This document shows, in pieces, positions 45,441 to 54,989 of a DNA stretch of 64,000 nucleotides (position 1 is its first letter; each line of letters opens with the position of its first letter). Position numbers and translations under genes: made by a program. This DNA comes from Christensenellaceae bacterium Phil10. Lineage in GTDB: Bacteria > Bacillota > Clostridia > Christensenellales > CAG-917. The stretch lies in assembly GCA_001940895.1 (NCBI GenBank), contig MSGY01000015.1, positions 85,332 through 149,331 on the forward strand, given 5' to 3'. The notes under the pieces were generated by a model. The model ran no database searches, was not told the DNA's origin, and saw only the letters and a list, made by a program, of their open reading frames with translations.

Positions 45441-46028
45441 ATGAATTCCAAAAAAATCGTTGTTTTAGCCGATATCGAAAGCGTGCGCGTACCTTTCACG
45501 TCCTTCGAAAAAGCGCTTAAAGAAGTTTCCAAATACGGCGAAGTCGCCGGTTGCAAATTCTACGGTTACAGTGCAAAACGTACCAAAGACTACGCCGAGT
45601 TTATTGCCGACAACAATTACGACGCATTGTCCTCGCTTGCAGGAAAAAGAAAGGGCAAACTCGACCTTCGTCAGGTTATCGACGCAACCCGTCTTGCCGA
45701 AAACCGCAAAATCGACGGTATCTTCCTTATGTACGGTAAAGGAAACATCAAGCCTTTAATCAGCTATCTTCGCAATCTCGGCATAGAGGTTTTCGCCGGC
45801 GTTATCGAGCCCGACGACAACAGCGCTAAGTGCAATCAGACCATCATTCTCGAAGAAGGTCTTCTTTATACCCAGATTTCGCACGCCGCACCCAAGAAAG
45901 CGGCTCCCGCTCCTCGTCCCGCGGCCGCACCCGCACCCGCGGCGCGTCCCGTTCAGGCAGCCAAACCCGCGGCAAGCAACGACGACGACGATATTATCGC
46001 CAAACTCGCCGCTCTTCTCGGCGACTGA
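45441..46028 (+). CDS. NYN/LabA-like domain protein with Pro/Ala-rich C-terminal tail
   Basis: 195 aa. 'KIVVLADIESV...DLRQVIDATRLAENRKIDGIFLMYGKGN' is NYN-like. The tail reads 'PKKAAPAPRPAAAPAPAARPVQAAKPAA'. Confidence 0.55.
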   Translation: MNSKKIVVLADIESVRVPFTSFEKALKEVSKYGEVAGCKFYGYSAKRTKDYAEFIADNNYDALSSLAGKRKGKLDLRQVIDATRLAENRKIDGIFLMYGKGNIKPLISYLRNLGIEVFAGVIEPDDNSAKCNQTIILEEGLLYTQISHAAPKKAAPAPRPAAAPAPAARPVQAAKPAASNDDDDIIAKLAALLGD

Positions 46029-46145
46029 TAAAGCCGCTTAACGGAGAATTGTTCAAAAGACGATTTTCCGCACCGGATTAAATTTTTAAGTCCGCCGACA
46101 GTTTTGTCGGCGGATTGCACAATAATAAGACAACAGAGGTAAAAA

Positions 46146-46349
46146 ATGGCAAAAATTACTATTTCGGAGGAATCGTGCAAGGGTTGCGGATTATGCGTCC
46201 TTGCCTGTCCCAGAAAAATTCTTGCTATATCCGAACACAGCAACAGGAAAGGTTATTATTACGTCGAAGTTACCGACAAGGAAAAATGCGTCGGTTGCGC
46301 CGCGTGCGCGATAACCTGTCCCGACGTAGTCATAGAGGTGGAAAGATGA
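46146..46349 (+). CDS. 2x[4Fe-4S] ferredoxin-type delta subunit of a 2-oxoacid:ferredoxin oxidoreductase
   Basis: 67 aa with two CxxCxxCxxxCP motifs, 'CKGCGLCVLACP' and 'CVGCAACAITCP'. Confidence 0.8.
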   Translation: MAKITISEESCKGCGLCVLACPRKILAISEHSNRKGYYYVEVTDKEKCVGCAACAITCPDVVIEVER

Positions 46350-47413
46350 GCGAGAAAAAACTTATGAAAGGCAACGAAGCCATCGCGGAGGCCGCAATCC
46401 GCGGAGGGTGCAGATTCTTTGCCGGCTATCCCATAACACCGCAAAACGAAATTCCAGAATATATGAGCTGGAGACTTTTTGAAGTCGGAGGACAATTCGT
46501 GCAGTCCGAAAGCGAAGTCGCGGCAATAAATATGGTTTACGGCGCGGCGGGCGCCGGCGCAAGGGCTATGACGAGTTCGTCAAGTCCCGGCATATCGCTG
46601 AAACAGGAAGGAATTTCCTATATTGCGGGCGCCGAACTTCCGTGCGTAATCATCAATATGGTGCGAGGCGGCCCCGGTCTCGGCGGAATTCAGCCTGCGC
46701 AAAGCGACTATTTCCAGGCGACGAAGGGCGGCGGACACGGCGATTATCATATGCTCGTTTACGGCCCGTCGAGCGTGCAGGAATGTGTGGATATCCTGTA
46801 CAACGCATTCGATAAAGCCGACGAATACCGCATACCCGTTATGATACTCGGCGACGGAATGCTCGGACAGATTATGGAGGCGGTAACGCTTCCCGAAATG
46901 AAGGACGTCTCGAAACTTCCCGAAAAAAAATGGGCGGCTACGGGAAAAAATACGGGCGAAAACCGTCGTATTATCAACAGTCTGTACATAGAGCCCGACG
47001 AACTCGAAAGTCTTAACCGCAAACTTTTCGACAGATACGCGCTTATCGCGGAAAGGGAAACGAAATACGAGGAATACCTTTGCGACGACGCCGAAATCGT
47101 GCTTACCGCTTACGGAACGGTTGCGAGAATTGCAAAATCCGCCGTAAACATTCTTCGCGAGAACGGAATAAAAGCGGGTCTTTTAAGGCCGATAACTCTT
47201 TATCCATTCCCGTCGAAAGCTTTTCTGGAAGTCGCAAACCGTCCCTCCGTCAGGAGATTCGTCTGTTCCGAACTTTCGATGGGACAAATGATCGAAGACG
47301 TGAAACTTGCCGTCGAGGGTAAAAAACCCGTCGATTTTTACGGCAGGACGGGCGGCAACGTTATGACTCCCGAAGATATCGTGGAATTTGTCAGAACGGA
47401 GGTGCTTAAATAA
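46346..47413 (+). CDS. korA: 2-oxoacid (2-oxoglutarate-type):ferredoxin oxidoreductase alpha subunit
   Basis: ATG 46346 forms an ATGA overlap with the ferredoxin gene. 'LMKGNEAIAEAAIRGGCRFFAGYPITPQNEI' matches. The ORF-track start at 46115 overlaps the ferredoxin gene. Confidence 0.8.
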   Translation: MSEKKLMKGNEAIAEAAIRGGCRFFAGYPITPQNEIPEYMSWRLFEVGGQFVQSESEVAAINMVYGAAGAGARAMTSSSSPGISLKQEGISYIAGAELPCVIINMVRGGPGLGGIQPAQSDYFQATKGGGHGDYHMLVYGPSSVQECVDILYNAFDKADEYRIPVMILGDGMLGQIMEAVTLPEMKDVSKLPEKKWAATGKNTGENRRIINSLYIEPDELESLNRKLFDRYALIAERETKYEEYLCDDAEIVLTAYGTVARIAKSAVNILRENGIKAGLLRPITLYPFPSKAFLEVANRPSVRRFVCSELSMGQMIEDVKLAVEGKKPVDFYGRTGGNVMTPEDIVEFVRTEVLK

Positions 47414-48147
47414 TGGCCAAAGTATTTGAAAAAACAAAAATGCTCACCGACGCGCCTTTCCACTATTGCCCGGGCTGTACCCACGGCATAGCGCACAGGC
47501 TTGTTGCGGAAGTACTTGAAGAAATCGGCGCCGAGGGTCATTGCATAGGAATCGCCTCGGTAGGATGCAGCGTGTTTGCATACAATTATTTCAATTGCGA
47601 TATGTTGCAGGCGTCGCACGGTCGCGCTCCCGCGGTCGCAACCGGCGCTAAACGCGCAGACCCGAGCAATATCGTATTTGCATATCAGGGCGACGGCGAC
47701 CTTGCAAGTATAGGTATGGCGGAAATCGTTCACGCGGCGACGCGCGGCGAAAAAATAACGGTAATATTTATCAATAACGCCATTTACGGAATGACGGGCG
47801 GACAGATGGCCCCCACAACTCTCGAAGGACAAAAAGCAACAACCTGCATTTACGGCAGAAATCCCGAAATTAACGGCAATCCCGTAAAAATGTGCGAGCT
47901 TCTGGCAACGCTTACCGGACCGTCGTTCATAGCGCGAGAAAGTCTTGCCGACGTAAAATATATCGTCGCGGCAAAAAAAGCAATCAAAAAGGCTTTCGAA
48001 CATCAGATGAAAGGCGACGGCTTTACTATGGTGGAACTGTTGTCGAGTTGTCCCACAAACTGGCATATGACGCCCGAACAGGCGTTGGAATACGTCCGCG
48101 GAGATATGGAAAAACTCTATCCCCTCGGCGTTTTCAAGGAGGTGTGA
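47413..48147 (+). CDS. korB: 2-oxoacid:ferredoxin oxidoreductase beta subunit (TPP-binding)
   Basis: 244 aa. 'HYCPGCTHG' and the TPP motif 'YQGDGDLASIGMAE...NNAIYGMTGGQ'. Confidence 0.85.
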   Translation: MAKVFEKTKMLTDAPFHYCPGCTHGIAHRLVAEVLEEIGAEGHCIGIASVGCSVFAYNYFNCDMLQASHGRAPAVATGAKRADPSNIVFAYQGDGDLASIGMAEIVHAATRGEKITVIFINNAIYGMTGGQMAPTTLEGQKATTCIYGRNPEINGNPVKMCELLATLTGPSFIARESLADVKYIVAAKKAIKKAFEHQMKGDGFTMVELLSSCPTNWHMTPEQALEYVRGDMEKLYPLGVFKEV

Positions 48148-48149
48148 TT

Positions 48150-48674
48150 ATGGAAAAAATCGTAATTGCGGGTTTTGGAGGACAGGGCGTTCTGTCTCTC
48201 GGACAGTTCATCGCATACGCCGCGTTATACGAAGATAAAGCGGTCACCTGGTTGCCTTCCTACGGCCCCGAAATGCGCGGCGGAACGGCAAACTGCAGCG
48301 TTGTCGTCGACGACGAAGAAGTAGCGTCCCCGATAATCGCGGTGCCCGATACTCTTATCGCAATGAACACCCCAAGCCTTCTGAAATTCGAGGACAAAGT
48401 TAAAAGTGGCGGACTCATAATCGTCAACAGCAGTCTCGTGGACGAAAAGGTCAAACGAACCGACGTTACCGCAATCTACGTTCCCGCAAACGAACTCGCG
48501 CACGAAGCGGGCAACGTCAGAACGGCTAATATCGTCGTACTGGGTGCGTATATGAAATACAGCAAACTTTTCCCGAGGGAGGTTATGCTTAATACAATCG
48601 AGAAGGTTTTTCACGCAAAACCCAAGGTCATTCCCGCAAACCAGAAAGCCTTCGACATCGGTTACAATCTTTAA
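48150..48674 (+). CDS. korC: 2-oxoacid:ferredoxin oxidoreductase gamma subunit
   Basis: ATG 48150 after 'aaggagg'. 'IVIAGFGGQGVLSLGQFIAYAA...SYGPEMRGGTANCSVVV' matches. Confidence 0.85.
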   Translation: MEKIVIAGFGGQGVLSLGQFIAYAALYEDKAVTWLPSYGPEMRGGTANCSVVVDDEEVASPIIAVPDTLIAMNTPSLLKFEDKVKSGGLIIVNSSLVDEKVKRTDVTAIYVPANELAHEAGNVRTANIVVLGAYMKYSKLFPREVMLNTIEKVFHAKPKVIPANQKAFDIGYNL

Positions 48675-48681
48675 AAAATAT

Positions 48682-48708
48682 GCCCGGATATATCCGGGCT
48701 TTTATTTT
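48682..48708 (+). terminator. Rho-independent terminator
   Basis: gcccgga-tata-tccgggc followed by 'ttttatttt'. Confidence 0.85.
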
Positions 48709-48768
48709 ACAGATTTAAGTTTTACCTGCATAAACGATAGTTTAATCACATAATAATGAGGATAAAAT

Positions 48769-49602
48769 ATGAAAAAAAGAGAAAAACGCATTGATTATCC
48801 CGTGAAAACTATTGCCGAAAATACATATATGATAAGCGATTTCGGCATTGCGAACTGCTATTTGCTCGTCGGAGACGAAAAGGCTCTTTTAATTGACTGC
48901 GGAGTGGGAATAGGAGATATTGCGGGCGTTGTAAAAAGAATCACGGATAAGCCCGTTATCGTTGCGGGGACCCACGGCCACGTCGACCATATAGGCGGCG
49001 CCGCGGCTTTTTCCGAAATTTATCTGCACCCTCTCGACTGTGGAAAACATTATAGTTTCAATACGAATTTTTTCGTAAGACTGTGCCTGCTTGCGGGAAG
49101 TCGGGGAGTCGTCGACAAAAGCATAAAAACGCGCGACCTTATAAAATTCAAAACCAAACCCGAAATTATCGAAATGGAAAACGGACGCGTTTTCGACCTC
49201 GGAGGAAGGAGAGTGGAGGTTATTCATTCCACTGGACATACGAAGGGCAGCGTTCTGTTTAAGGACGAAAAAACCAAAATCCTTTTCGTAGGGGACAATA
49301 TGTGTCCTTCCCCGTGGCTTTTTCTTGTGAACGCGGATTACGTCGACGAATGGCTGAAAAGCGCAAAAGAAATATATGCGCTGACCGAGGAGTACGAACC
49401 GTGGTGGAGTCACGAAGGGGGATTGCTTTCCCGAAAACTCATATCCGACGTTATACGCATAGGAGAGGAAGTAGTAAACGTAAAATTCAAACGGAATATT
49501 CCCTTGCCGTTTATTAAGTTTTATCCTAAAAACGACAGAGTCAACGGCAGTATAGTATTCAGAGTAGCGCACGTGCACAACAAAAGAAATCGTAAATCAT
49601 AA
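48769..49602 (+). CDS. MBL-fold metallo-hydrolase
   Basis: 277 aa. 'LLIDCGVG' and 'VAGTHGHVDHIGGAAAF' (HxHxDH). Confidence 0.75.
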   Translation: MKKREKRIDYPVKTIAENTYMISDFGIANCYLLVGDEKALLIDCGVGIGDIAGVVKRITDKPVIVAGTHGHVDHIGGAAAFSEIYLHPLDCGKHYSFNTNFFVRLCLLAGSRGVVDKSIKTRDLIKFKTKPEIIEMENGRVFDLGGRRVEVIHSTGHTKGSVLFKDEKTKILFVGDNMCPSPWLFLVNADYVDEWLKSAKEIYALTEEYEPWWSHEGGLLSRKLISDVIRIGEEVVNVKFKRNIPLPFIKFYPKNDRVNGSIVFRVAHVHNKRNRKS

Positions 49603-49673
49603 ATGTAAATATTATTGTGTTTTAATAACATTTATGTTAAAATAGAATTCAGAACGGAAATTAAGGAGGTAAT

Positions 49674-50246
49674 ATGTCGACAGATTTAATATTGAATTCG
49701 ACGATTGCGGCGTCTTTCGGACAGGAAATCGTTTATTTGTTTCAGGAAATGGACGTTGCGTCGGCAATTTGTTTCGGCATCGGGCTTATCTTGCTTATAA
49801 TCGAAATATTTACGCCGGGATTTGGTCTTTTCGGCATAGCGGGCGTAATAATGTCGATAATAGGTATCGTATTGCGCGCGACCGCCGGCGGCAGAGGTAA
49901 TCCCGTTTTTCAGGTTCTGTTGCTGTTACTGTTGTTGATAATTATCTGCGTTCTGGCGTTTATAATTATGGCGGTTTCGTCTAAAAAAGGGTTTTTGTCG
50001 AAAACGCCTTTCATCATGAAAGAAAGCGCGGTCTCGAAAGGAATTGCCGAAGGGACTGCCGATTATACGTCGCTCGTAGGGAAACAGGGCAGGACGCTTT
50101 GCGCCCTTCGTCCGTCGGGTATTGCGGAAATCGACGGAGTAAGATACGACGTCATTGCCGAAGGCGAATTTGTGGACGCTGACGAAACGGTCAGCGTATT
50201 ACGCGTCGAAGGCGTCCGCATCGTTGTTGTGAAATCTAAATTGTAA
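49674..50246 (+). CDS. nfeD: NfeD-family membrane protein
   Basis: 190 aa. It has TM helices and a C-terminal OB-type segment 'GKQGRTLCALRPSGIAEIDGVRYDVIAEGEFVDADETVSVLRVEG'. It lies upstream of floA. Confidence 0.75.
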   Translation: MSTDLILNSTIAASFGQEIVYLFQEMDVASAICFGIGLILLIIEIFTPGFGLFGIAGVIMSIIGIVLRATAGGRGNPVFQVLLLLLLLIIICVLAFIIMAVSSKKGFLSKTPFIMKESAVSKGIAEGTADYTSLVGKQGRTLCALRPSGIAEIDGVRYDVIAEGEFVDADETVSVLRVEGVRIVVVKSKL

Positions 50247-50264
50247 TATATTACGGAGGTAGTT

Positions 50265-51269
50265 ATGTTAATCGGTGCATTGGCTTTGTCGAGCAGCATT
50301 ACGTCGCTTATCGTCGTACTTGCCGTCGTCGTAGTTTTACTTGCAATCTTTTTCATGCTGGTGCCTGTAGGCACATGGTTCCGCGCTTTGGTATCGGGAG
50401 CAAGGATTTCTATGGGGCGTCTCATTGGTATGAGACTTCGCCGCATAAATTACCGTATGATAGTCGAGGCCTATATCAACGCAACCAAAGCGGGTCTCGA
50501 TATCGATATCGTAGAACTTGAAACACACTGTATGGCAGGCGGCGACGTGCTTAAGGTCGTAAACGCTCTTATTTCGGCACACAGCGCGAATATCGAATTG
50601 TCGCTTCGCACGGCGAAAGCCATCGACCTTGCCGGCCGAGACGTGCTCAATGCCGTTAAGGTAAGCGTCAATCCCAAAGTCATCGAAACTCCCGCAATCG
50701 CGGCTATCGCTAAAAACGGTATCGAATTGCGCGTAAAAGCAAGAGTTACAGTCCGCGCCAACATCGCAAGGCTTGTCGGCGGCGCCGGTGAAGAAACAAT
50801 TATTGCCCGTGTAGGCGAAGGTATCGTTACCACGATAGGCAGTTCCAACTCGCACGAGGACGTTCTCGAAAATCCTGACAGAATCAGTAAAACCGTTTTG
50901 CAGAAAGGCCTTGACGCAGGTACGGCGTTCGAAATTCTGTCAATCGATATCGCCGATATCGACGTGGGCCGTAACGTAGGCGCTCAGCTTCAGATGGACC
51001 AGGCCGAAGCGGATAAACGCATCGCGCAGGCAAAGGCAGAGGAACGCCGCGCAATGGCCGTAGCGCAGGAGCAGGAGATGAAAGCCCGTACGCAGGAAAT
51101 GCGCGCCGAAGTCGTAAAAGCCGAAGCGCAGGTTCCCGAAGCGATGGCGGAAGCTTTCAAAAACGGTCGTCTCGGCGTTATGGACTACTACAATATGCAA
51201 AACGTTATTGCCGACACATCTATGCGTAATGCAATAAGCGGCAAAAAACCCGAGGACGTCAATAAATAA
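50265..51269 (+). CDS. floA: Flotillin-like protein FloA (UPF0365/YqfA)
   Basis: 334 aa. '[29 protein letters not shown]' followed by an SPFH-like region. Confidence 0.85.
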   Translation: MLIGALALSSSITSLIVVLAVVVVLLAIFFMLVPVGTWFRALVSGARISMGRLIGMRLRRINYRMIVEAYINATKAGLDIDIVELETHCMAGGDVLKVVNALISAHSANIELSLRTAKAIDLAGRDVLNAVKVSVNPKVIETPAIAAIAKNGIELRVKARVTVRANIARLVGGAGEETIIARVGEGIVTTIGSSNSHEDVLENPDRISKTVLQKGLDAGTAFEILSIDIADIDVGRNVGAQLQMDQAEADKRIAQAKAEERRAMAVAQEQEMKARTQEMRAEVVKAEAQVPEAMAEAFKNGRLGVMDYYNMQNVIADTSMRNAISGKKPEDVNK

Positions 51270-51853
51270 TGTTTAATTCCATAAGCGATATTTTTTCGGT
51301 ATCCTTTTCGGTTTTATACTATATTGTCATAGCTGTAATAATCATAGGCAGTATAGTGACAGGGATTAAATTTTTTAAAAAAGCTAATTCCAAAACCGAA
51401 GAATCAGATTCCGGGAAAAATAACAATTCATCTTCGTCAACGGCGGAATCCGAACACGATAAGATTATCGGGGAACGTCTCGAACGTCAGAAACAGTCGG
51501 GCGGAAAGAAGGCTGCGAAAAAGTATCACGACAAACTTAACCGAAACGTTAATTACGTCGACGATACGAGTAACGCTACGTACAAATCGTCATCCGACGA
51601 CGACGCGCACAAGCATCCTTCCGCCGCGCCTTCACCCGGCACGAGAATCAGGGTAGAAAAACGGCCTGCGCCGACGGGTAGCATCGGCTACGTAGGAGAC
51701 GAGGGCTGCGGCGAACACGATAACCTGCGATACGTGCTGGAAGAGGTCGACACGCGTGACAAAGACGCCGATAAGGAAATTGCCGAATTGCAGAAAATTG
51801 TGGTTTGGAGCGAACTCATCGGAAAACCCAAATCCGAACGCAACGGCAGATAA
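51269..51853 (+). CDS. Membrane-anchored low-complexity protein, third gene of the nfeD-floA operon
   Basis: 194 aa. Its start shares one nucleotide with the floA stop. N-terminal TM helix, then a Ser/Lys/Asp-rich region. Confidence 0.5.
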   Translation: MFNSISDIFSVSFSVLYYIVIAVIIIGSIVTGIKFFKKANSKTEESDSGKNNNSSSSTAESEHDKIIGERLERQKQSGGKKAAKKYHDKLNRNVNYVDDTSNATYKSSSDDDAHKHPSAAPSPGTRIRVEKRPAPTGSIGYVGDEGCGEHDNLRYVLEEVDTRDKDADKEIAELQKIVVWSELIGKPKSERNGR

Positions 51854-51861
51854 AAACAATG

Positions 51862-51888
51862 AAGACGGCAACGGACAGTTGCCGTCTT
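51862..51888 (+). terminator. Hairpin terminator candidate (weak U-tract)
   Basis: aagacggcaac-ggaca-gttgccgtctt, an 11-bp stem followed by 'aataatt'. Confidence 0.45.
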
Positions 51889-51903
51889 AATAATTAAGGA
51901 ATT

Positions 51904-54279
51904 ATGACGAAAGTAAGATTGAACGACAGACTTATTGCGGTAACGAAACCGCTTGCGCCCGAAAAGAGTATAGTCAAGGGCCGCGATTTCAGAATCACGG
52001 TTCTTACCGACAGACTTTTCAGAATAGAAAAATCACGCGACGGACGCTTTATCGATTGCGCTACGCAGACCGTGTGGTTCAGAAACCTCGAAACGCCGCC
52101 GTATAAAGCGGAGAATACGGAGGGAACGGTAAAAATTTCCACTGCTGCCGTTACGCTCGTTTACGACAAACAATCTGGGAAATCAAAAGTGATTTTCAAA
52201 GACGGACGAACGGTTAAATGCAATAATTCGCAAAATCTGAAAGGTACGCAGAGGACGCTGGACGGTAATTTCGGCATATACAGATTTCAGAACGGAATTA
52301 TGAGCAGGTCGGGCGTTGCGGTAATGCGCGACGACGGGCTTTTACTTAACGAAGACGGAGAAATCGTACCGAAGAACGCGGACGTTTCGGACGAATACGT
52401 TTTTGCTTACGGAAACGATTTCAGAGGCGCGCTGAAAGACTTTTACAGAATAACGGGAGGAGTGCCTCTCGTGCCGAGATTCGCGCTTGGAAACTGGTGG
52501 AGCAGATACCGCGCGTACACGCAGGACGAATACGTCGCGCTGATGCAGAAGTTTATCGACAAAGATATTCCGATAACGGTGGCGACCGTCGATATGGACT
52601 GGCACTGGGTGAATATCAACGAAAGATTCGGCACCGACTATAAAGGCAGGAGGTTTCAGAGCCCCGGCTGGACGGGATACAGCTGGAATACCGATTTGTT
52701 TCCCGACCATAAGGCTTTTCTGAAATGGCTTAACGAGAGGGGATTTAAAGTTACTCTCAATCTGCATCCCGCCGACGGCATTAGACATTTCGAGGATATG
52801 TACGAGCAGACCGCAAAAGCGGTCGGTATCGACCCCGACAGCAAAACCGACGTGCCTTTCGACGTTACCGACAACCGTTTTCTCAACGGTTATTTCGATA
52901 CCGTCCATCATCCTTACGAGGACGAGGGCGTGGAATTCTGGTGGATTGACTGGCAGCAGGGCACTCGCAGCAAAATGGAAGGTCTCGACCCGTTGTGGGC
53001 GCTCAATCACTATTTTACTCTCGATAACGCAAGAAAACACCGTCCGTTGATACTGTCGCGATATGCGGGCGCAGGCAGTCACAGATATCCTCTGGGCTTT
53101 TCGGGCGACACGTTTATGAGATGGTCGTCTTTGAGAAGACAACCGTATTTCACCAACAATGCCGCCAATATAGGATATACGTGGTGGAGTCACGATATAG
53201 GAGGGCATATGCTGGGCGTACGCGACGACGAGTTGTATCTCAGATGGGTGCAGTACGGCGTGTTCAGCCCGATAAACAGGCTGCACAGCAGCAACAGCGA
53301 CCTTATGGGAAAGGAGCCCTGGGCATATCGCGCCGACGTATGCCATTTTGCGGAGGAAGCGTTGCGTTTCAGACATAAACTCGTGCCGTATCTTTATACG
53401 ATGAATTATAAAACCTGTTCGGAAGGCCGCGCGCTGTGCGAACCGATGTATTACGCCTATCCCTGCGACGAGGACGCCTATAAATTCGGAAATCAATATA
53501 TGTTCGGCACCGAACTTATGGTTTGTCCCGTTGTGAAAAAGATGAACAAAAGGACGGGCACGGCAAGCGTAAAGGCGTGGATACCGCACGGAAGATGGAC
53601 GGATATATTCACGGGGCAGGTGTATAACGGCGGACGGGTATTAAAACTTTTCAGAGGCGAGCCGTCTATTCCCGTGCTTGCAAAAGAGGGCGCGATTATT
53701 CCTTTGTCGGGTGACGCGGGCAACAGCGTGAAAAATCCCGAAAATCTCGAGTTTCTGATATACAGAGGAAATAACTCTTTCGAACTTTACGAGGACGACG
53801 GCGAAAATCAGAATTCCGATATCTCATTTGTAAAAACGAAATTCGAAGTTTCCGAAAAAGAGGGCGAGACGATAACTTTTAACGTCGGAGGCGCGCAGGG
53901 CGATTTGTCGCTTGTTCCGGAAAACCGCAATTACAGTTTATCGTTTGCCGATATTACAAGCGCAGACGTAACGGTTTTCGTCGGAGACGAAAAGATAAAA
54001 GAGGAAAAATATTCTACCCAACCGATAGTCGTTCTGAAAAATATAAAATGCACCGATAAAGTGCGGGTAGTGCTTAAAAATTATACCATCCGCACCAACG
54101 TACCGGGAAACGAAGCGATTTCGGGAGTGTTGTCGAGGTTAAAGGGAAGTAACGTCGTAAAGGGATTCTTATATGCGAGCGTTATGAAAAAAGTAAAAAA
54201 CCGCGATTATAAAACGGCGGTAAAACGCAGTATTCTGCCCGAAAGAATAAAAGAAGAAATATACGAAAATATGAATTGA
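51904..54279 (+). CDS. Glycoside hydrolase family 31 (alpha-xylosidase/alpha-glucosidase type)
   Basis: 791 aa. 'GNWWSRYRAYTQDE', 'VDMDWHW', 'FWWIDWQQG' and 'YPLGFSGDT...WSHDIGGH'. Confidence 0.8.
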   Translation: MTKVRLNDRLIAVTKPLAPEKSIVKGRDFRITVLTDRLFRIEKSRDGRFIDCATQTVWFRNLETPPYKAENTEGTVKISTAAVTLVYDKQSGKSKVIFKDGRTVKCNNSQNLKGTQRTLDGNFGIYRFQNGIMSRSGVAVMRDDGLLLNEDGEIVPKNADVSDEYVFAYGNDFRGALKDFYRITGGVPLVPRFALGNWWSRYRAYTQDEYVALMQKFIDKDIPITVATVDMDWHWVNINERFGTDYKGRRFQSPGWTGYSWNTDLFPDHKAFLKWLNERGFKVTLNLHPADGIRHFEDMYEQTAKAVGIDPDSKTDVPFDVTDNRFLNGYFDTVHHPYEDEGVEFWWIDWQQGTRSKMEGLDPLWALNHYFTLDNARKHRPLILSRYAGAGSHRYPLGFSGDTFMRWSSLRRQPYFTNNAANIGYTWWSHDIGGHMLGVRDDELYLRWVQYGVFSPINRLHSSNSDLMGKEPWAYRADVCHFAEEALRFRHKLVPYLYTMNYKTCSEGRALCEPMYYAYPCDEDAYKFGNQYMFGTELMVCPVVKKMNKRTGTASVKAWIPHGRWTDIFTGQVYNGGRVLKLFRGEPSIPVLAKEGAIIPLSGDAGNSVKNPENLEFLIYRGNNSFELYEDDGENQNSDISFVKTKFEVSEKEGETITFNVGGAQGDLSLVPENRNYSLSFADITSADVTVFVGDEKIKEEKYSTQPIVVLKNIKCTDKVRVVLKNYTIRTNVPGNEAISGVLSRLKGSNVVKGFLYASVMKKVKNRDYKTAVKRSILPERIKEEIYENMN

Positions 54280-54293
54280 GGTGGGGGTAAATT

Positions 54294-54977
54294 ATGGCAG
54301 TGATTTACGTTCTTACCGCATTGACCGCCGTTTTAAGCGTGGTTATCGTTGCGCTTGAAAACCGCGGAGTGCTGGCAGTTAAATACGTGCTTAAAGCCAC
54401 GGCAAGTCTCTGTTTTACGATGATTGCCGTACTTGCAATTCTGAAAAGCGGATTCGATAAATGGAAAATGCTGGTGCTTTCGGCGCTGATATTCGGAATG
54501 CTCGGCGATATTTTTCTGTCGAGCGAAAACGTTGTCGACGACCCGAAGAAGCTGCCCGTTCTTAACGTTGCGGGCGGAGCGTTTTTTGCCGTCGGACACG
54601 TCGTGTACGTCATATGGCTTCTGCGCTTTGCGGGAGGTTTCAATCCGTATACGCTGTTCGCCCTTTTCGGGGTGCCCGTCGTTTTCCTGGCGCTTTGCCT
54701 GTTAAAAATAATGAAACCCGGAAAGCTGCTTTTGCCCGTAATCGCTTATTCCGCCTTTCTGGGGCTTATGCTGACGGCTTCGGTAAACGCCTACGTTTAT
54801 CTCGCGCCGTTGCGCTTAGCGCCGCTGATACTTGCGGGAGGTATTCTTTTTACCCTGTCGGACGGAGTGCTGGCTTATTATAATTTTGGTCATAAGGAAC
54901 AGAAGAGAATTAAATACGTTTACATGACGGCATACTACGCCGCGCAATTACTGTTTGCATACACGTTACTTTTTTAG
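54294..54977 (+). CDS. YhhN-family (lysoplasmalogenase-like) membrane protein
   Basis: 227 aa with about 8 TM helices. 'FGMLGDIFL' and 'FFAVGHVVY' match. Confidence 0.6.
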   Translation: MAVIYVLTALTAVLSVVIVALENRGVLAVKYVLKATASLCFTMIAVLAILKSGFDKWKMLVLSALIFGMLGDIFLSSENVVDDPKKLPVLNVAGGAFFAVGHVVYVIWLLRFAGGFNPYTLFALFGVPVVFLALCLLKIMKPGKLLLPVIAYSAFLGLMLTASVNAYVYLAPLRLAPLILAGGILFTLSDGVLAYYNFGHKEQKRIKYVYMTAYYAAQLLFAYTLLF

Positions 54978-54989
54978 GAGGGAACACCG

